Shown here: positions 37,418-50,389 of the stretch, piece after piece
Layout of the letters: each line of letters starts with the position of its first letter
How positions within the stretch are numbered: position 1 is the first letter of the stretch
Assembly: GCF_009834535.1 (NCBI RefSeq)
Contig: NC_045697.1
Location: forward strand, 86,492,001 to 86,556,000
Origin: Camelus ferus
Lineage: Eukaryota
Direction: 5' to 3'
Length of the DNA stretch: 64,000 nucleotides
Position numbers and translations under genes: made by a program
Notes under the pieces: model-generated
The model's database searches: none
Seen by the model: only the letters and a program-made list of their open reading frames with translations
Told to the model about the DNA's origin: nothing

Positions 37418-38677
37418 GTATGTATAATGATTTTTAATTTAATATAGTATTCCCTAATAATAGAATCAGGATTTTAAATGTGAAGGAAACTGAATTTGTG
37501 CCAGTACAACTCCTTTAGTTTATAAGTGAGATCACGAAGGTCAAGAGAAGTTTGGTGATTTGTCTGAGAACATACACTCATTAGTGATAAAGTTAGAAGT
37601 CCTAGTCCAGTGCTCATCACAACTTCATTTTTGAGCAGTTTATGACTGATTTTATGTCACATGCATGCATCTCTACGTCTGTGTACATACATGTGTCTTC
37701 ATGTATGTATATAAATACATGTGTCAGTATTTTGGTAATATTTTGGGAATGCAGATTTTTAAGAGGGGAAACAACTTTCGAATTTATTAAGCACCTATTG
37801 TGATTCTGACATATGACCTCAATTTAATCCTCCCATCATTTCTGTGAAGTTAGATGGCATTATCCAAACTTTATAGATGAGAAAACTGGCTTGAAGAGGT
37901 TAAAGAACTGGAATTTGAACTTGTGTTTGTCTGCATTCAAATTTCATGCTCTTCTTGCCTGCTTATATTAGCAGTTTCCTAGAACTGAGGCGAGGGTAGA
38001 GTGAGTCAAGAGAAGGGAGTAGGTGGTAGAAGTTTTTTTCTTTGCCTGTTGCCTGCTAGATAGTACTGACCAGGTAACGCTTCCTCCGTAAGGCTAAATA
38101 TTCTTCTTGCCAAACTTTGAGATTTTTGTTTCCCCAAAAGGTGATAGTTGTGCCTCATCCTTTCTAATTATATTACCCCTGTGTCTGTGTTTTTCTTGCA
38201 TTCAAGGGTTACACAAATATATGCATTGTAAATGAAGGTATTCCCTAAAAACTTGTCTGTAAATTACTTATGATACAGTGATTCACATTTTCCTGTTGAC
38301 TTACTTTACAGTTTGAGTTTTGTTCTCAGGGGAAAAAATGACTTGAAGCAAAATATACTTCCTCCCTAAATCTTACCTGGGGCTTAAATTATATGTAGAA
38401 TTTTACATACAGATAGTCTTCTGCAGAGTGGGTCCATAGCTTTCATGAGATTATCAAAGAGACTTTTGATGTAGAAATAGGTAAGAGTCATTTCCTAAAA
38501 TGTTAGTGAAGCTTTTTTATAGTTTTCTGGATATGAGTGTTAACTCTGGAGGATTTTGGTCTGTTCATACATAATCTTTGATATTCTGATAAGTGAAAGA
38601 ATTAAAAAGGAGCAAATAAAAATCACTCTCACTTTGTCACCTCCTTATGCTAATTGCCACATTTGTTTTGCATCCAG

Positions 38678-38801
38678 AAAATTAGGTGCAAGTGAAGGAA
38701 CCATAAACCAGGAAATTCAACGTTATCAACAGTTAGAATCTGTTGCCGTGAATGACATTAGAAGAGATGTTCGTAAAAAATTACGGAGGTCCAGTATGCG
38801 A
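38678..38801 (+). CDS. BLTP1: BLTP1 coding exon (window exon 19)
   Basis: atccag|AAAATTA...ATGCGA|gtgagt; KLGASEGTINQEIQRYQQLESVAVNDIRRDVRKKLRRSSMR; phase 2->0. Confidence 0.94.
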
Positions 38802-38924
38802 GTGAGTAAACATTTAAGGAGAATTTTATTAAAGTAGACTGTTTAAAATTTTTACTTTATTAAATTTTATGATGATACTTATGTTGTTCTCTTTCTTCCT
38901 CCATTGCTGGTGATAACACTTGAT

Positions 38925-39170
38925 TTGCATATCCCATATCTACTATGTACCGAGCACTATTTAAAGTACGTTACATTTAACAATCCATTAAATCCTTAAA
39001 ACAGCCCTACATGGTAGCTTGTATTATTTTCCCTGTTGTAAAGATGAAGCAACTGAGGCACAGAGAGGTCAAGTAATTTGACCAAGGTTATACAGCCAGC
39101 AATCCCCGTGGAGCCAAGATTCAAACCTAAACAGTGGGACTCTACAGTATATGTCCTTAGCCACTGTGTT
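38925..39170 (-). mobile_element. MIR SINE
   Basis: MIR core antisense: gatgaagcaactgaggcacagagaggtcaagtaatttgaccaaggttatacagc...gagccaagattcaaacc. Confidence 0.85.
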
Positions 39171-40678
39171 TTGTCTGCCTTTCATAAAGTCATGCTTTCT
39201 TTTTTATATCTAACTCAAATGTGAAATCTTTTGAGATGTCCATTCTACCCCATCCCACTTTCCATAACTGACTACTCTTGCCACTACGTACTCTCAGCAC
39301 TTTATGTTAATTAACTGCATATTTAGTTGTCCGTACTAGAGTTTGAGTCTCTTAAAGGAAAAGTTATTTAGCTTTGACCTTACTATCTACCACATTGTCT
39401 GGATTGAGTCCAGTTACTAAACAACTGAAATAAATATATAGATAAATATACTATTAAAATACAGTAGAAAATAATTCTAAAACTTATTCAAATGGAGGTA
39501 GGTTCCTTTGGGTCAAAGTGGTCTTGTTAGTAGAAAAACTAATAAGTGGGTTCTTAGATATATTCATATTTATATATAATATTTTCAGCATACCCTTCAT
39601 CTTTTGTTTTTTTACCAGAATAAGGTTTTTGGGTGGCACCCCAGTACATAAAAACAGATAAAAATCAGAGCTGCTAAGGTCAAAGGAAGGGGGAGAGGTT
39701 GCAGGGATCCAGGATTCATTGTCTTGAATTTTCTTTGCTTGGTCACCACCAAATTCCCAGCAAACCTCATTTGAATACTGTTCTAAATTATTTAAATTAA
39801 GAATAAAATTCAATTTGAGCTACTAATAACTGGCTTCTGATAGTACTAAATGGATAGTGATGATCTGTAATGCATAACTCTGTTTAAAAATTTTGCCACT
39901 ATGTACTTCATAGTCATACAATAAAACTAAAATATTGCTTGCGTACTGTTTATAAGGTAGGTTATACTTGGTAATTGACAGTTAAAAATAAAACTAGGTA
40001 GAGAAGATTAGGGAAATTACTGAAATTACATGTGTGTTCTTAACATTTGTGTCATTTGGTATTTCCTCCTCAATTGGTTTAGACTTTAAATCTCCATTGT
40101 ATTAGAATCTTTTTTGTATCTAGGCCCCCAGCTACAAATTTGGAGAAGAGGGATTTGGAGACAAGAAGGGTGTTTCAGTCACCACTTCCTTTCCTGTCCT
40201 GACTTCTGTCACGGGGTGCCCTGGGGTGGTTGGTGGTCGCTCTCTCGCCCCCCGCCTCCCTCCCCCTTCCCTTATCTCCTCTTCTCACCCCTCCCCTTAC
40301 CTAAGTTCTCCGAGAATCTTGCCTTTTAATTCTCATTTTTGTTCTCTCCTTTCTTATCATTTCTTTTTTCTCCCCTTATTTCTGTACTCCTCACCCCGCT
40401 CCCAGTTTTTTTTCTCTTTTCTCTCAGGCAAGAGCCAGTGGCTCATGTTCTCATTGTACAGCCCTCCTAACTGATGCTCGAACTAAAGAGTAGCTGATTC
40501 CTGCTGCACTTTGATCTAAGTTGTTAAGTGACATTTAAAGTTGCAATTTAAGATAACTTGCTATTGATCAAGGGAAGACAAGCTAACTTGTTTAATAGTA
40601 CAACATTTTATTTGACGTCAGATATTACAATAGTAAACAACTGCCTAAAGTCACCCTTTTTCTCTCCCATTTCATTAG

Positions 40679-40788
40679 GCTGCTTCTCTAAAGGATAAGT
40701 GGGGTTTGGGTTACAAACCAAGTTACAGCCGATCGAAAAGCATTTCGGCTTCTGGAAGACCACCTCTTAAGCGAATGGAAAGGGCAAG
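40679..40788 (+). CDS. BLTP1: BLTP1 coding exon (window exon 20)
   Basis: cattag|GCTGCT...GCAAG|gtaata; AASLKDKWGLGYKPSYSRSKSISASGRPPLKRMERA; phase 0->2. Confidence 0.93.
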
Positions 40789-41436
40789 GTAATAAATATT
40801 TCAACCAATGAAAGAATAAAATTGCTGACTTCTTTACCAAGGTTCACTACTGATTTATTGTGTTCTAACTGGGGAAATTACAAAATTAAGCTAGCAAATG
40901 GACCTTATTAGTCAAAGACCAGTAATAGGGGATACTGGCAAACTAAATTTGAGAAATTCCTCTACCCCATTTATACCACAGTGAGTGTGCTTTTTAGTAA
41001 TGAAGTACATTGCTATTTAGACAAGTTTATGTGTAAACTTACATACTATCCAAAGAAATGAATATTTGCATATTAGTAGCTCGCTGTGAATTTGTCATTT
41101 TAGGAAAAGGTATGATTGTACACACATTTAGCATATGAAAAGATGGAAATTTTACATATTATTGAAGAAAACTATAGTTTTACTAGTAAATGAACATTGT
41201 AAAGTAAGTATAAATTCTTTTTTATAAGGTTTAGTTTTAGAAAATCTTGTGCCAAAGCAATGAATTTCTTTTGTGGGATGCTAAAGGTTAAGAAATGGAA
41301 TACCAGAAGTTCAATCCTTGGATAAGGTAAATATTTAGAAACAGAATGTTAATGTTATTAATCAGACTTTATAAAGTCCAGGGATTTTTTTTGAACGAGA
41401 ATGTTTATGTTTTATAACTTTCTATTTTACTTACAG

Positions 41437-41527
41437 TTCCCGAGTGGGAGAATCTGAGGAGCTCCCGGAAATCCGCGTGGATGCAGCATCTCCTGGACCC
41501 AGAGTCACTTTCAATATCCAGGATACA
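41437..41527 (+). CDS. BLTP1: BLTP1 coding exon (window exon 21)
   Basis: ttacag|TTCCCGA...GATACA|gtaaga; SRVGESEELPEIRVDAASPGPRVTFNIQDT; phase 2->0. Confidence 0.93.
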
Positions 41528-44233
41528 GTAAGAGATTATTTGTTAGACATACACAGTGCTAATAATTTTTAGGAATTACAAAATTATAATGGTTATGCAG
41601 TTTCAAAATACTACCTACCTACTGTGAAAGTGTCGATTGTGATGGTTGAAGTGTCTGTACATTACCAAACGGCAGGGCACCGCCTGCGTGCGGGCACCGG
41701 AGAGCCATGCTGCCGGTGTTCGTGTTTTGCATGTAGAATAAAGACTCCTCCACACCGCTTGCTCATAGGTGGAAATGTTTTGTTGAATAATTTTTCTTTC
41801 AAGTGCAAATCCACATTAAACCAGGTATTTTACACAGATATAGATGTGAAATGTTTGTACTTTATGTATTTTTATTATTTATGAATTTTAGTTCAGAATA
41901 TATATAGATAATAGCAGAAACCAGAAATAAAAAGGTCAGCTTCAAAGTTGTATTCTAATTTTGTAGCATGTTAAAGTTTATGTTAAAATGTTTGTTCTGT
42001 TTTTTGTTTATTTGTTTCTTTTAAAGCATTGTTTTTTATTTTTCATGAATTTTTATAAGTTTTCTTATTATTTTAATTAAGTTGAAAAAAACAGTATGGG
42101 GAAGTACACCACAATCCAGCTGTCCTGGGGAAGGGTATTTTCAGGTACTTTTTAAGAACAACATAAATTATGCTTTAAAACTAATTAACCACTCTCAAAA
42201 TCTGCTTTCAAATATCTTCCTCTCATTTCATACTAAATTCAGACCTTGAAGATGCTTTACATACAGGTTTAAGATTGTTTGAATATTTTTCATCATGTAT
42301 ATTTCATATGATCTTGCATGAATGTATTTTACTTCTGTACTTCTTTATAATTTAATAGTAATCACTTGATCTCCAAAATTAAAAAAGGATTAAATCAGCT
42401 TACCAAATTAACTCAACCAAATCATAAGCCACAAACTGCTGTACCTTAGTTATTCACTAGTTCCTGAGTGAATCTCTTTTTCCTGCATTCAGCTACAAAA
42501 TGAATCTTTTCTTTAAGAAAAATTAGTTACCTAATTCAAGCTAGAATCAAATCTATATCAGAACAACAAATTAATCATTGAATGTTATTTATTTTGAGTC
42601 ACTTGTATAAAAAAGCATGTATAAAAGCAACCCATAAAAAAATTATGAAAATGTGGAAATTGTGCTACACAATCATTTATAAATTGAATTAACACCTTTA
42701 TAAGCCACATATTTTCCCTAAATAAAAGTTATAAAGTAAAATTTAATTTTAAAATTGAATCTGTACAGTAGGTATATAAATCTTTATCTAGGAACTTTCT
42801 GTCAAATTACGTTTAAAAAAATGAAACTTATTCCACATTTGTTTTCTTTCCCTTCCCCCGCTCATTTAAGAAAGTCTCAACATATATCCCATAGTTACAC
42901 TGAATTTAGTCAAACTGAATTTTGTTTTAGAACTATAAGATTATAATATAGTGACCTTGACAAATATGTCCTTTTTTTTTCCTAAAAATGAGCTTGGAAA
43001 TAAATCATTTACAGTGAATTAAATGGATTCTACTAATTAAGTGATTATTTTTTTCCTGTCCAACATTTTAAAAAATTGGGATATAATTGACATGTAACAT
43101 TATTTTCAGGTGTACAACATAATTGTTTTACATACGTATATATTTGTGAAGTGATTTATTCCTAAAAGCATTAGTATTTGAACTGATTCAAGCCCTATTT
43201 TTTAATAGCAATATATGCTATCTATAAAGAATAGTATATAAAAATCAGAAGTTACAAAGTAGATCATTAAGGCATAAATAGAAAATATAAAGCAAAGGGA
43301 TATTTATTTATATCTATATCTAGATATTTATATCTATAAACTCTTACCACAGTTTTAAAAATTTAGTATTTTCTGATAAATAAAATCTGATTTACTTATT
43401 TAGTAAATAATTGTATTTTATAAAACATGAAGAAAAGCTAGATTCTGCAGATGTTTGAGATTTTGATTATGGGATTTCACTCTGCATCTGATAGTAGCAT
43501 CAATAAATTTACCCTGCACATTACACTTTACAAAGGCTTACCACATTCTCAAAGGGGTATGCAAGCAGCTCTCACAACTGGGAAACCAAATTAGGTCACA
43601 GGAAGTTTTGGGTTTTTTTGACCTATTTAAATACAGTAGCCTCCTGGTGCAGTTAGTGACATGGTATTTATACAGACTATTCACCTTAAAATATAGAATT
43701 CTTAGCTTTGGTTGATTGATATGCTTTATTACATAACTATTTGCACATCTGTCTTCAACCCAATAGGGGCCCATTTTTAATAGAGTTATCCACAAAAAAG
43801 TATCTAGAAGCTTGAAGTATGTTCTGTACAGACACTGCATGCTCTCCCATCACTAACTGCTCTCCTGCCCTTCTACTTTTTAGTTGATCACATTGTTTCT
43901 TTTGTCTCCACAGCATGTTTAATCTATGCTTTAAAGAATTGCAATATATATGTACTAATTAATATGATGATATATGCTTATGTAAAGTAAAATTTCACTC
44001 TTAGTTTTTCATGTGTCAGTGGTGTGACTTTCTGTGGTTGGAACTTCTGCTTCCTTCCTTGGTGTGCCATTTCATATGTTCGTAAAGCTGACCTTTCTTT
44101 CAGATCAGAGTAAGGAAATTCAACTCTGAGAGAAATTTTAAATGCTTAAAACCTATCTTTTTCTTTTTCTTTTTTTAACCAAAAAGAAGTTTATAATGCA
44201 AACCTGATTCATGTTTTCTCTTTTTACAATCAG

Positions 44234-44487
44234 TTTCCAGAGGAGACAGAACTGGACCTTTTGTCAGTAACCATTGAAGGTCCATCCAATTACTCATCAA
44301 ATAGTGAAGGATCATATTCCATGTTCAGTTCTCCCAAAACTCCTGGAGGCTTTACACCAGGCATTGCTTTTCAACCTGAAGAGGGCCGACGGGATGACAG
44401 TTCATCTTCTACCAGTGAAGATTCCGAGAAGGATGAAAAGGATGAAGACCATGAGAGAGAAAGGTTTTATATTTACAGGAAACCCTC
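44234..44487 (+). CDS. BLTP1: BLTP1 coding exon (window exon 22)
   Basis: aatcag|TTTCCA...CCCTC|gtgagt; FPEETELDLLSVTIEGP...ERERFYIYRKP; phase 0->2. Confidence 0.92.
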
Positions 44488-45036
44488 GTGAGTAGCCTTT
44501 TTCTTTTAAGATCATTAGGCAGTATTTTAGAATCTAGAACTGAGCTTAAAGCAATTTTTTACAGGAAAAATATCTTAAATATGCCTAGCCAGAGTGAGAC
44601 TAAGAGACTTATCCATGGTTTACTAATATGATTTAGTTCCATATGGCATTATTTTTTCTTTCCTTGTTTTTCTTTTAATAAAATCTAGAAAGTAGCATTT
44701 AAACTTTACAATTTGCCCAAATGAAATCTCCAAAATGTGGAATGTAGTTCATACACTGATATCCAGACTCCTTAATGGCAGTGATGGTGCCTGTGTCCTG
44801 AGCACGTAGCACATTGCCTGGCATGTAATAGTTACTCATTATGTACCTGTTGAATAAAATGTGACTCCATTAAACTAAGGAAAATCTTCAGTTAGTATGA
44901 GCTAGTTGAATAATTTGAATTTATGATATAGTAAAATTTATTTATAGACTATTGCTCACATAACATGATGGAAAATAGTTTGTTGAAAACTCTTCCCATT
45001 TTACTGCAATGTAATGACCAGCTGTTCTTTCTCTAG

Positions 45037-45252
45037 ACACACATCTCGTAAAAAAGCAACAGGTTTTGCTGCTGTTCATCAGCTATTTACAGAACGCTGG
45101 CCAACAGCACCAGTCAACCGAAGTCTTAGTGGCACAGCTACAGAGAGAAATATTGACTTTGAACTTGATATACGAGTTGAAATTGATAGTGGAAAATGTG
45201 TGCTCCACCCAACCACCCTTCTACAAGAACATGATGATATAAGCTTGAGAAG
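45037..45252 (+). CDS. BLTP1: BLTP1 coding exon (window exon 23)
   Basis: ctctag|ACACACA...AGAAG|gtaaga; HTSRKKATGFAAVHQLFTERWP...HDDISLR; phase 2->2. Confidence 0.94.
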
Positions 45253-45844
45253 GTAAGATATTGTTCAGAAAAGGGTACATATAAGTTAATTTGTCAGAAA
45301 TAATATTTATGTGTCACTAATCAATACAAACATTTTCCTCCTACATCCCCAAATGCAGATTTAAAGAGTATATAATCATAATTGGAATGTTTGCGTGTTT
45401 ATTTGTATAACATACTATTTCTTTAAACAAACGTATATTTTCTAGTGATGAGAAATGGACATGTGATTTAGATTCTAGCAAATTTTTTTAATTAAAATAG
45501 TTATATCTTTGGAATTCTCCTAAACAAGCATGAATTTCTCACTTAGTCTCTGTTCTTGTATTGTGCACATTTCCATTTCAAATAACAGTACAATACTCAG
45601 AGATATCTTGTTATTGGGAGTTTTGATGAATTCATAAAGATATAAGAAAGATTGGGAAACAATTGCACAGAGAGGCCTTAAGAAAATGCAATGTTGTTCA
45701 GGCTGTAACTGCAGCTTTACCATTTGTTTTAATCGTTTAAGAAACAGTGGTATAAATAGGCTTACGGTTAGATTATTTTTTCTCTGAATTTTTATTTTGT
45801 TTTTACTTCCTAATCTAAAAAAGAATTATAAGAAAATAATAACA

Positions 45845-46010
45845 TTAATGACTGAGTGGATGGGTAGGGAGTGGGTGGAGATGTAGATAAAACAAGGAAG
45901 CAGAATGCTGACAGTTGTTGAAGCCGGGAGATGGATCCATGGGGTCTATTCTACCATTCCGTTTACTTTTTTTATGTTTGAAATTTTCTATAATAAAAGA
46001 TTTTTAAATG
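45845..46010 (+). mobile_element. Old L1ME-like 3' end fragment
   Basis: gcagaatgctgacagttgttgaagccggg...ctattctacc...tttatgtttgaaattttctataataaaa. Confidence 0.7.
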
Positions 46011-46452
46011 GTCTTTTTGTCTAATGAGGGTTTTATAAAATGAGAAGATAAAAAGACACTCTAAACAGTTGAATTCTTATAATAGTGATGATAAAAAGAA
46101 TGACTGTTTATTTTTGGTTGAACCACAATAAACCAAAATAAATTGCCCATATTCAGCTGTTTTTACCTGTGTAAAAGGCAATTTCATTTGGTTCAACCTA
46201 ATGTGCTCAAGTGAAACAATTGTGACCTCAGGAAAGAATAAAGGTAACTGCCCTCAGTAGTTATGGAACATAGGACAGAAGCATTGTCTGTGCAAGGATC
46301 AACCAGTTTAGCTAGAGACACTGATGAGCTTCCCTTTCTCAACTTTATTAATATTTTACATTCTATGTACTGTATAAATGAAAGTCTGATTTTAAACAAA
46401 ATAAAAGGAGAGAAATGTCTTTTAAAAAGATAAAGTATTTTTCTATTTATAG

Positions 46453-46633
46453 GAGTTATGATAGAAGTTCCAGGAGTTTAGATCAAGATTCTCCCTCAAA
46501 AAAGAAGAAGTTTCAAACTAATTATGCTTCCACCACCCATTTAATGACTGGCAAGAAAGTGCCATCATCTCTACAAACAAAGCCTAGTGACTTAGAAACA
46601 ACAGTATTTTATATTCCTGGAGTTGATGTAAAG
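46453..46633 (+). CDS. BLTP1: BLTP1 coding exon (window exon 24)
   Basis: ttatag|GAGTTAT...GTAAAG|gtaaaa; SYDRSSRSLDQDSPSKKKK...FYIPGVDVK; phase 2->0. Confidence 0.94.
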
Positions 46634-47152
46634 GTAAAAACCTATTTGTCTAGGATACGGGATTAGGTTATTAGTAGCCATGTTTATCTTCTATCATATA
46701 TGTTCTTCCTTCACCAGTTACATTAAAATGAGACTTCCTGAAGTTTTTCTCTGATACAACCATATTCTGAATACGAGACTGTCTAAATTGGTTGCCCTTT
46801 TTTCCATGAAATGTTGATAAAAACAAGTTAATTCTCTTTTTTATTCATTGATATTCATAACATATTTGTCAAACCTTGCCTAGTGCAACTTTAGTAAACA
46901 ATTGTTTTTTTAGACTATAGACATACACAATCCTAGAATGTTAAGCTAGAAAGAATTTAAAATACTATCTGGGATGACCTTTTTAATTTTAAAAATGAAA
47001 AAAAGCTAATAAGGAACTTGCTGGTATCACAGAGCTAACTTGTAAAATCTTCTGGCTCCTGGACCTATGTTCCTTCTACCACATTTTTGTATATTTCTTG
47101 ATTTTCCTCATCTGCATACTTTTAATTTGGAAGTTTTTTTGCTTCAATACAG

Positions 47153-47354
47153 TTGCATTACAATTCCAAGACTCTAAAGACTGAATCACCTAATGCCTCC
47201 AGAGGATCTTCTTTGCCAAGAACACTCTCTAAAGAGTCCAAGCTGTATGGTATGAAAGATAGTGCAACATCTCCTCCTTCTCCTCCTTTACCTTGCACTG
47301 TCCAGAGCAAGACTAACACCTTACTTCCTCCCCAACCCCCACCTATTCCCTCAG
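47153..47354 (+). CDS. BLTP1: BLTP1 coding exon (window exon 25)
   Basis: atacag|TTGCAT...CCCTCAG|gtattt; LHYNSKTLKTESPNASRG...PQPPPIPS; phase 0->1. Confidence 0.94.
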
Positions 47355-47717
47355 GTATTTAAGGAAAATATACTTTATTTTTAATTTTTTTCATAAATTA
47401 ATTTTTAGTCATCACCTACTTGCTCTATTGAGATTTTCAAACTCACATGTTTAAGGAAAAAGGACATAGACTTATCAATAGTGACTGTACAAAATTCGTA
47501 TATGGAAATGTGGGCCAACTGCTTTTGGCTACTTCTCAAATTGATATGACCTTAGAATATCAGTTGTTAAACTTAATATACTAAATAGTTTACTGAATTT
47601 TTTAGATCCATGTATATTTAGAGAAAGTCTTATTTAGTTCAAATTTGAGAGCGTATGACCTAGATGCAAACATCAGACATATACCTTTAAGACAGAGTTT
47701 ATTGGATTTAACCACAT

Positions 47718-48226
47718 TTATTAATTATCTATAATTGCATAAGAAATTATGCAAAACTTGGTAGTTTATAATCTCAAAAACAAATTTCGGTGGGTCAGAA
47801 ATTCACGAGCAGTTTGGCTGGGTGAATCTAAGCTCACGGTCTTTTATGAAGTTGCAGTCAAGATGTTGGCTAGGGCTGCAGCCATCCAAATGCATGACTG
47901 GGTCTGGAAAATCTGCTTCCATCATATCCCATTCATGTGGCTGGCAAGCTGGCACTTTAGTTTCTCCCCACATGGGCCTCTCCACTAGGCCACTTGAGTG
48001 TTCTAATGACATGGCAGTCCCTCAAAATGAATGATCCAAAAGAAAACATGGCTGAAGCTGCATTATCTTTTATAGCTTAGTCTCAGAAGTCACATATCAT
48101 TACTCCCACAGTATCTTACTGATCACACAAGTCAGCCTTATACAGTGCAGGAGTGAATTACCCAAGGGCACAAATACCAGGAGGCAGGGACCACTGGAAG
48201 CTATTTTGAAATCTGGCTATAACACC
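47718..48226 (-). mobile_element. MLT1-type (ERVL-MaLR) solo LTR
   Basis: ttatctataattgcataagaaattatgcaaaacttgg...gttgcagtcaagatgttggctagggctgcagccatc...tttctccccacatgggcctctcca...gtctcagaagtcaca...aggaggcagggaccactgg. Confidence 0.8.
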
Positions 48227-49077
48227 ACGTGAATTATATCTTATACATGTAGTAGAATTTCCAAAAAAGGGAGTATTGGACTGGGCAAGAATTATTTGAA
48301 AAAGCTGTATTTGAGAGATGTAACTTGATACATAATAAATCTTTTAAAGTAGCCAGAAATTATGATAATAATGCCTAATGTTTTTATTTCACTTTTAAAT
48401 TAACAAGTTACATGAATGTCCATTAAGTGCGGGACAGACATCAGCCCTGTTTTATACAGGAAGAAAGGTAAAGCTCATACAAGGTGAATTTCTTTCTTAG
48501 GTTTACAAACTAAAACATGTCGGACTTGGAAACCTAAACCAAAGTTAGCTACATCTTAGCTCTTACAACCACTCTATTGATTGGAAATACTTAGTCAGGT
48601 GGAAGGAGAGAGAGATGCAGCCCGTGTAGGGAGGCAGTATAAAAATATACAAGGTAAGACCAGCAAGAACATAGGAAAGCCTATAAACAATGATTTTTTT
48701 CCTCACTTGCCACAAAATACTGTTCGTTACAGGTCTCTATGTCTTACTTCTTAAGTGGACAAAATAATAAAAGATGAGAGACTAAAATAATACTGAGAGA
48801 GTTAGCAAAGTATAAACTTGAAAAATTGAGCCAAAATTTGTGACCTAGAGCAAGTAGGAACAACTGTTGTATTTATATACACCATTAGTCATCTCTGAAT
48901 TCTAACAATAATGTATCGTCATTTCTATCAACCTATTTTTATTGCATTCTTCTATGATTTTAATTATAAGGTGCTTCATCCAATTAAACTGTCATATAAT
49001 TCTGATTTCTCACAAAATTATCATATGTTTTATGAAAACTATTTATTAAACTCACTTCACATTTGTAAATGTTCTAG

Positions 49078-49239
49078 CCAAAGGAAAAGGAAGTGGAGGA
49101 GTGAAAACAGCCAAGTTATATGCCTGGGTAGCACTTCAGTCATTGCCAGAGGAAATGGTTATTAGTCCCTGCCTATTAGACTTCCTGGAAAAGGCTCTGG
49201 AAACTATCCCAATTACACCAATTGAAAGGAATTATACAA
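49078..49239 (+). CDS. BLTP1: BLTP1 coding exon (window exon 26)
   Basis: ttctag|CCAAAGG...TATACAA|gtgagt; KGKGSGGVKTAKLYAWVALQSLPEE...IERNYT; phase 1->1. Confidence 0.94.
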
Positions 49240-49769
49240 GTGAGTGTCCTCCTTATATACTTGCACATCACATGTATTCTGGGGTCCTGCTACTTTAGAA
49301 GCATTTCTTAAAGCTATTATATATTACTATATAATATATTCAATGATAAATATAAAAGAATTGTAGAACTGAAAAAGAACTTGAGAGGTCATCCAGCTTT
49401 CATTTACAAATGAAGATACTTAAGTCCTGGTGGTGTTTTACGATTCTCCCACAGCCACAGCTAGTTAATGACAAACTTAACATCCCTAGGTCCTAAATTA
49501 GTGTGTCTCTTGGGCTGGAAACTCCTTGAGGGCAAAGGCATAATTACTGTTTTCTTTGTACACTGTTTGGTAACAGCTGGGAATCGGAGTTTGGAGGAAT
49601 GAGTAAGAGATTTGAACAGGGAAAGATGTCCAGACTGATGGGCTGTGGAAGCCAGTCTTTCTGTGTATTTGTACCCCTGATCTCAGTACTAGCATAAGAG
49701 AAACGGATCTTTCAATAAATAATTTGCCCTTGCCCTAACAGTAAAACTTAAAACTAAATATTTTAACAG

Positions 49770-49909
49770 CTGTCAGCTCACAAGATGAAGATATGGGACA
49801 TTTTGAAATACCAGATCCTATGGAAGAATCAACAACATCATTAGTATCCTCTTCAACATCTGCTTACTCTTCCTTCCCTGTAGACGTTGTGGTTTATGTA
49901 CGAGTTCAG
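49770..49909 (+). CDS. BLTP1: BLTP1 coding exon (window exon 27)
   Basis: taacag|CTGTCAGC...GTTCAG|gtaata; VSSQDEDMGHFEIPDPMEESTTSLVSSSTSAYSSFPVDVVVYVRVQ; phase 1->0. Confidence 0.93.
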
Positions 49910-50389
49910 GTAATATAGTCCATTTATTCCTTTTTGCTTTAAAGAAAAGCTTTTTTCTTAAGTTTATTTGAACACTTAAAATATTATTTCTCTTAAAAAA
50001 TTTTCTTAACTGTGAGTTCATGGACCTTTAGCATGCTTATGATATTCGAGGTTGCCTAAACCTCTGGGAAGTATATGTACAATTTTATGTGTTTATTTAC
50101 TTTTCTGCTGAGGAGCTTCATAGATCTTCTGCGTTTTCAAAATTTAGATCTTATACTTTTGTGGCAAAAGTGAAAATATGTAAGTTAAAACCCTTTTTTA
50201 GCATTTTATGCCTTTTTTTATTATGGCACCTATTATTCTTGTCATTATGGTCATTTGGGGGCAGATATAAAGCAAAATTGAGACATTAAAGTCACATTAG
50301 TATCTTTGTTAGATTTTTCTGAGAGATATATAATCTCTATTTAATATTTTATTCCAAAATTCACTCCTATCTGTAGGTCTTTAGGAATA

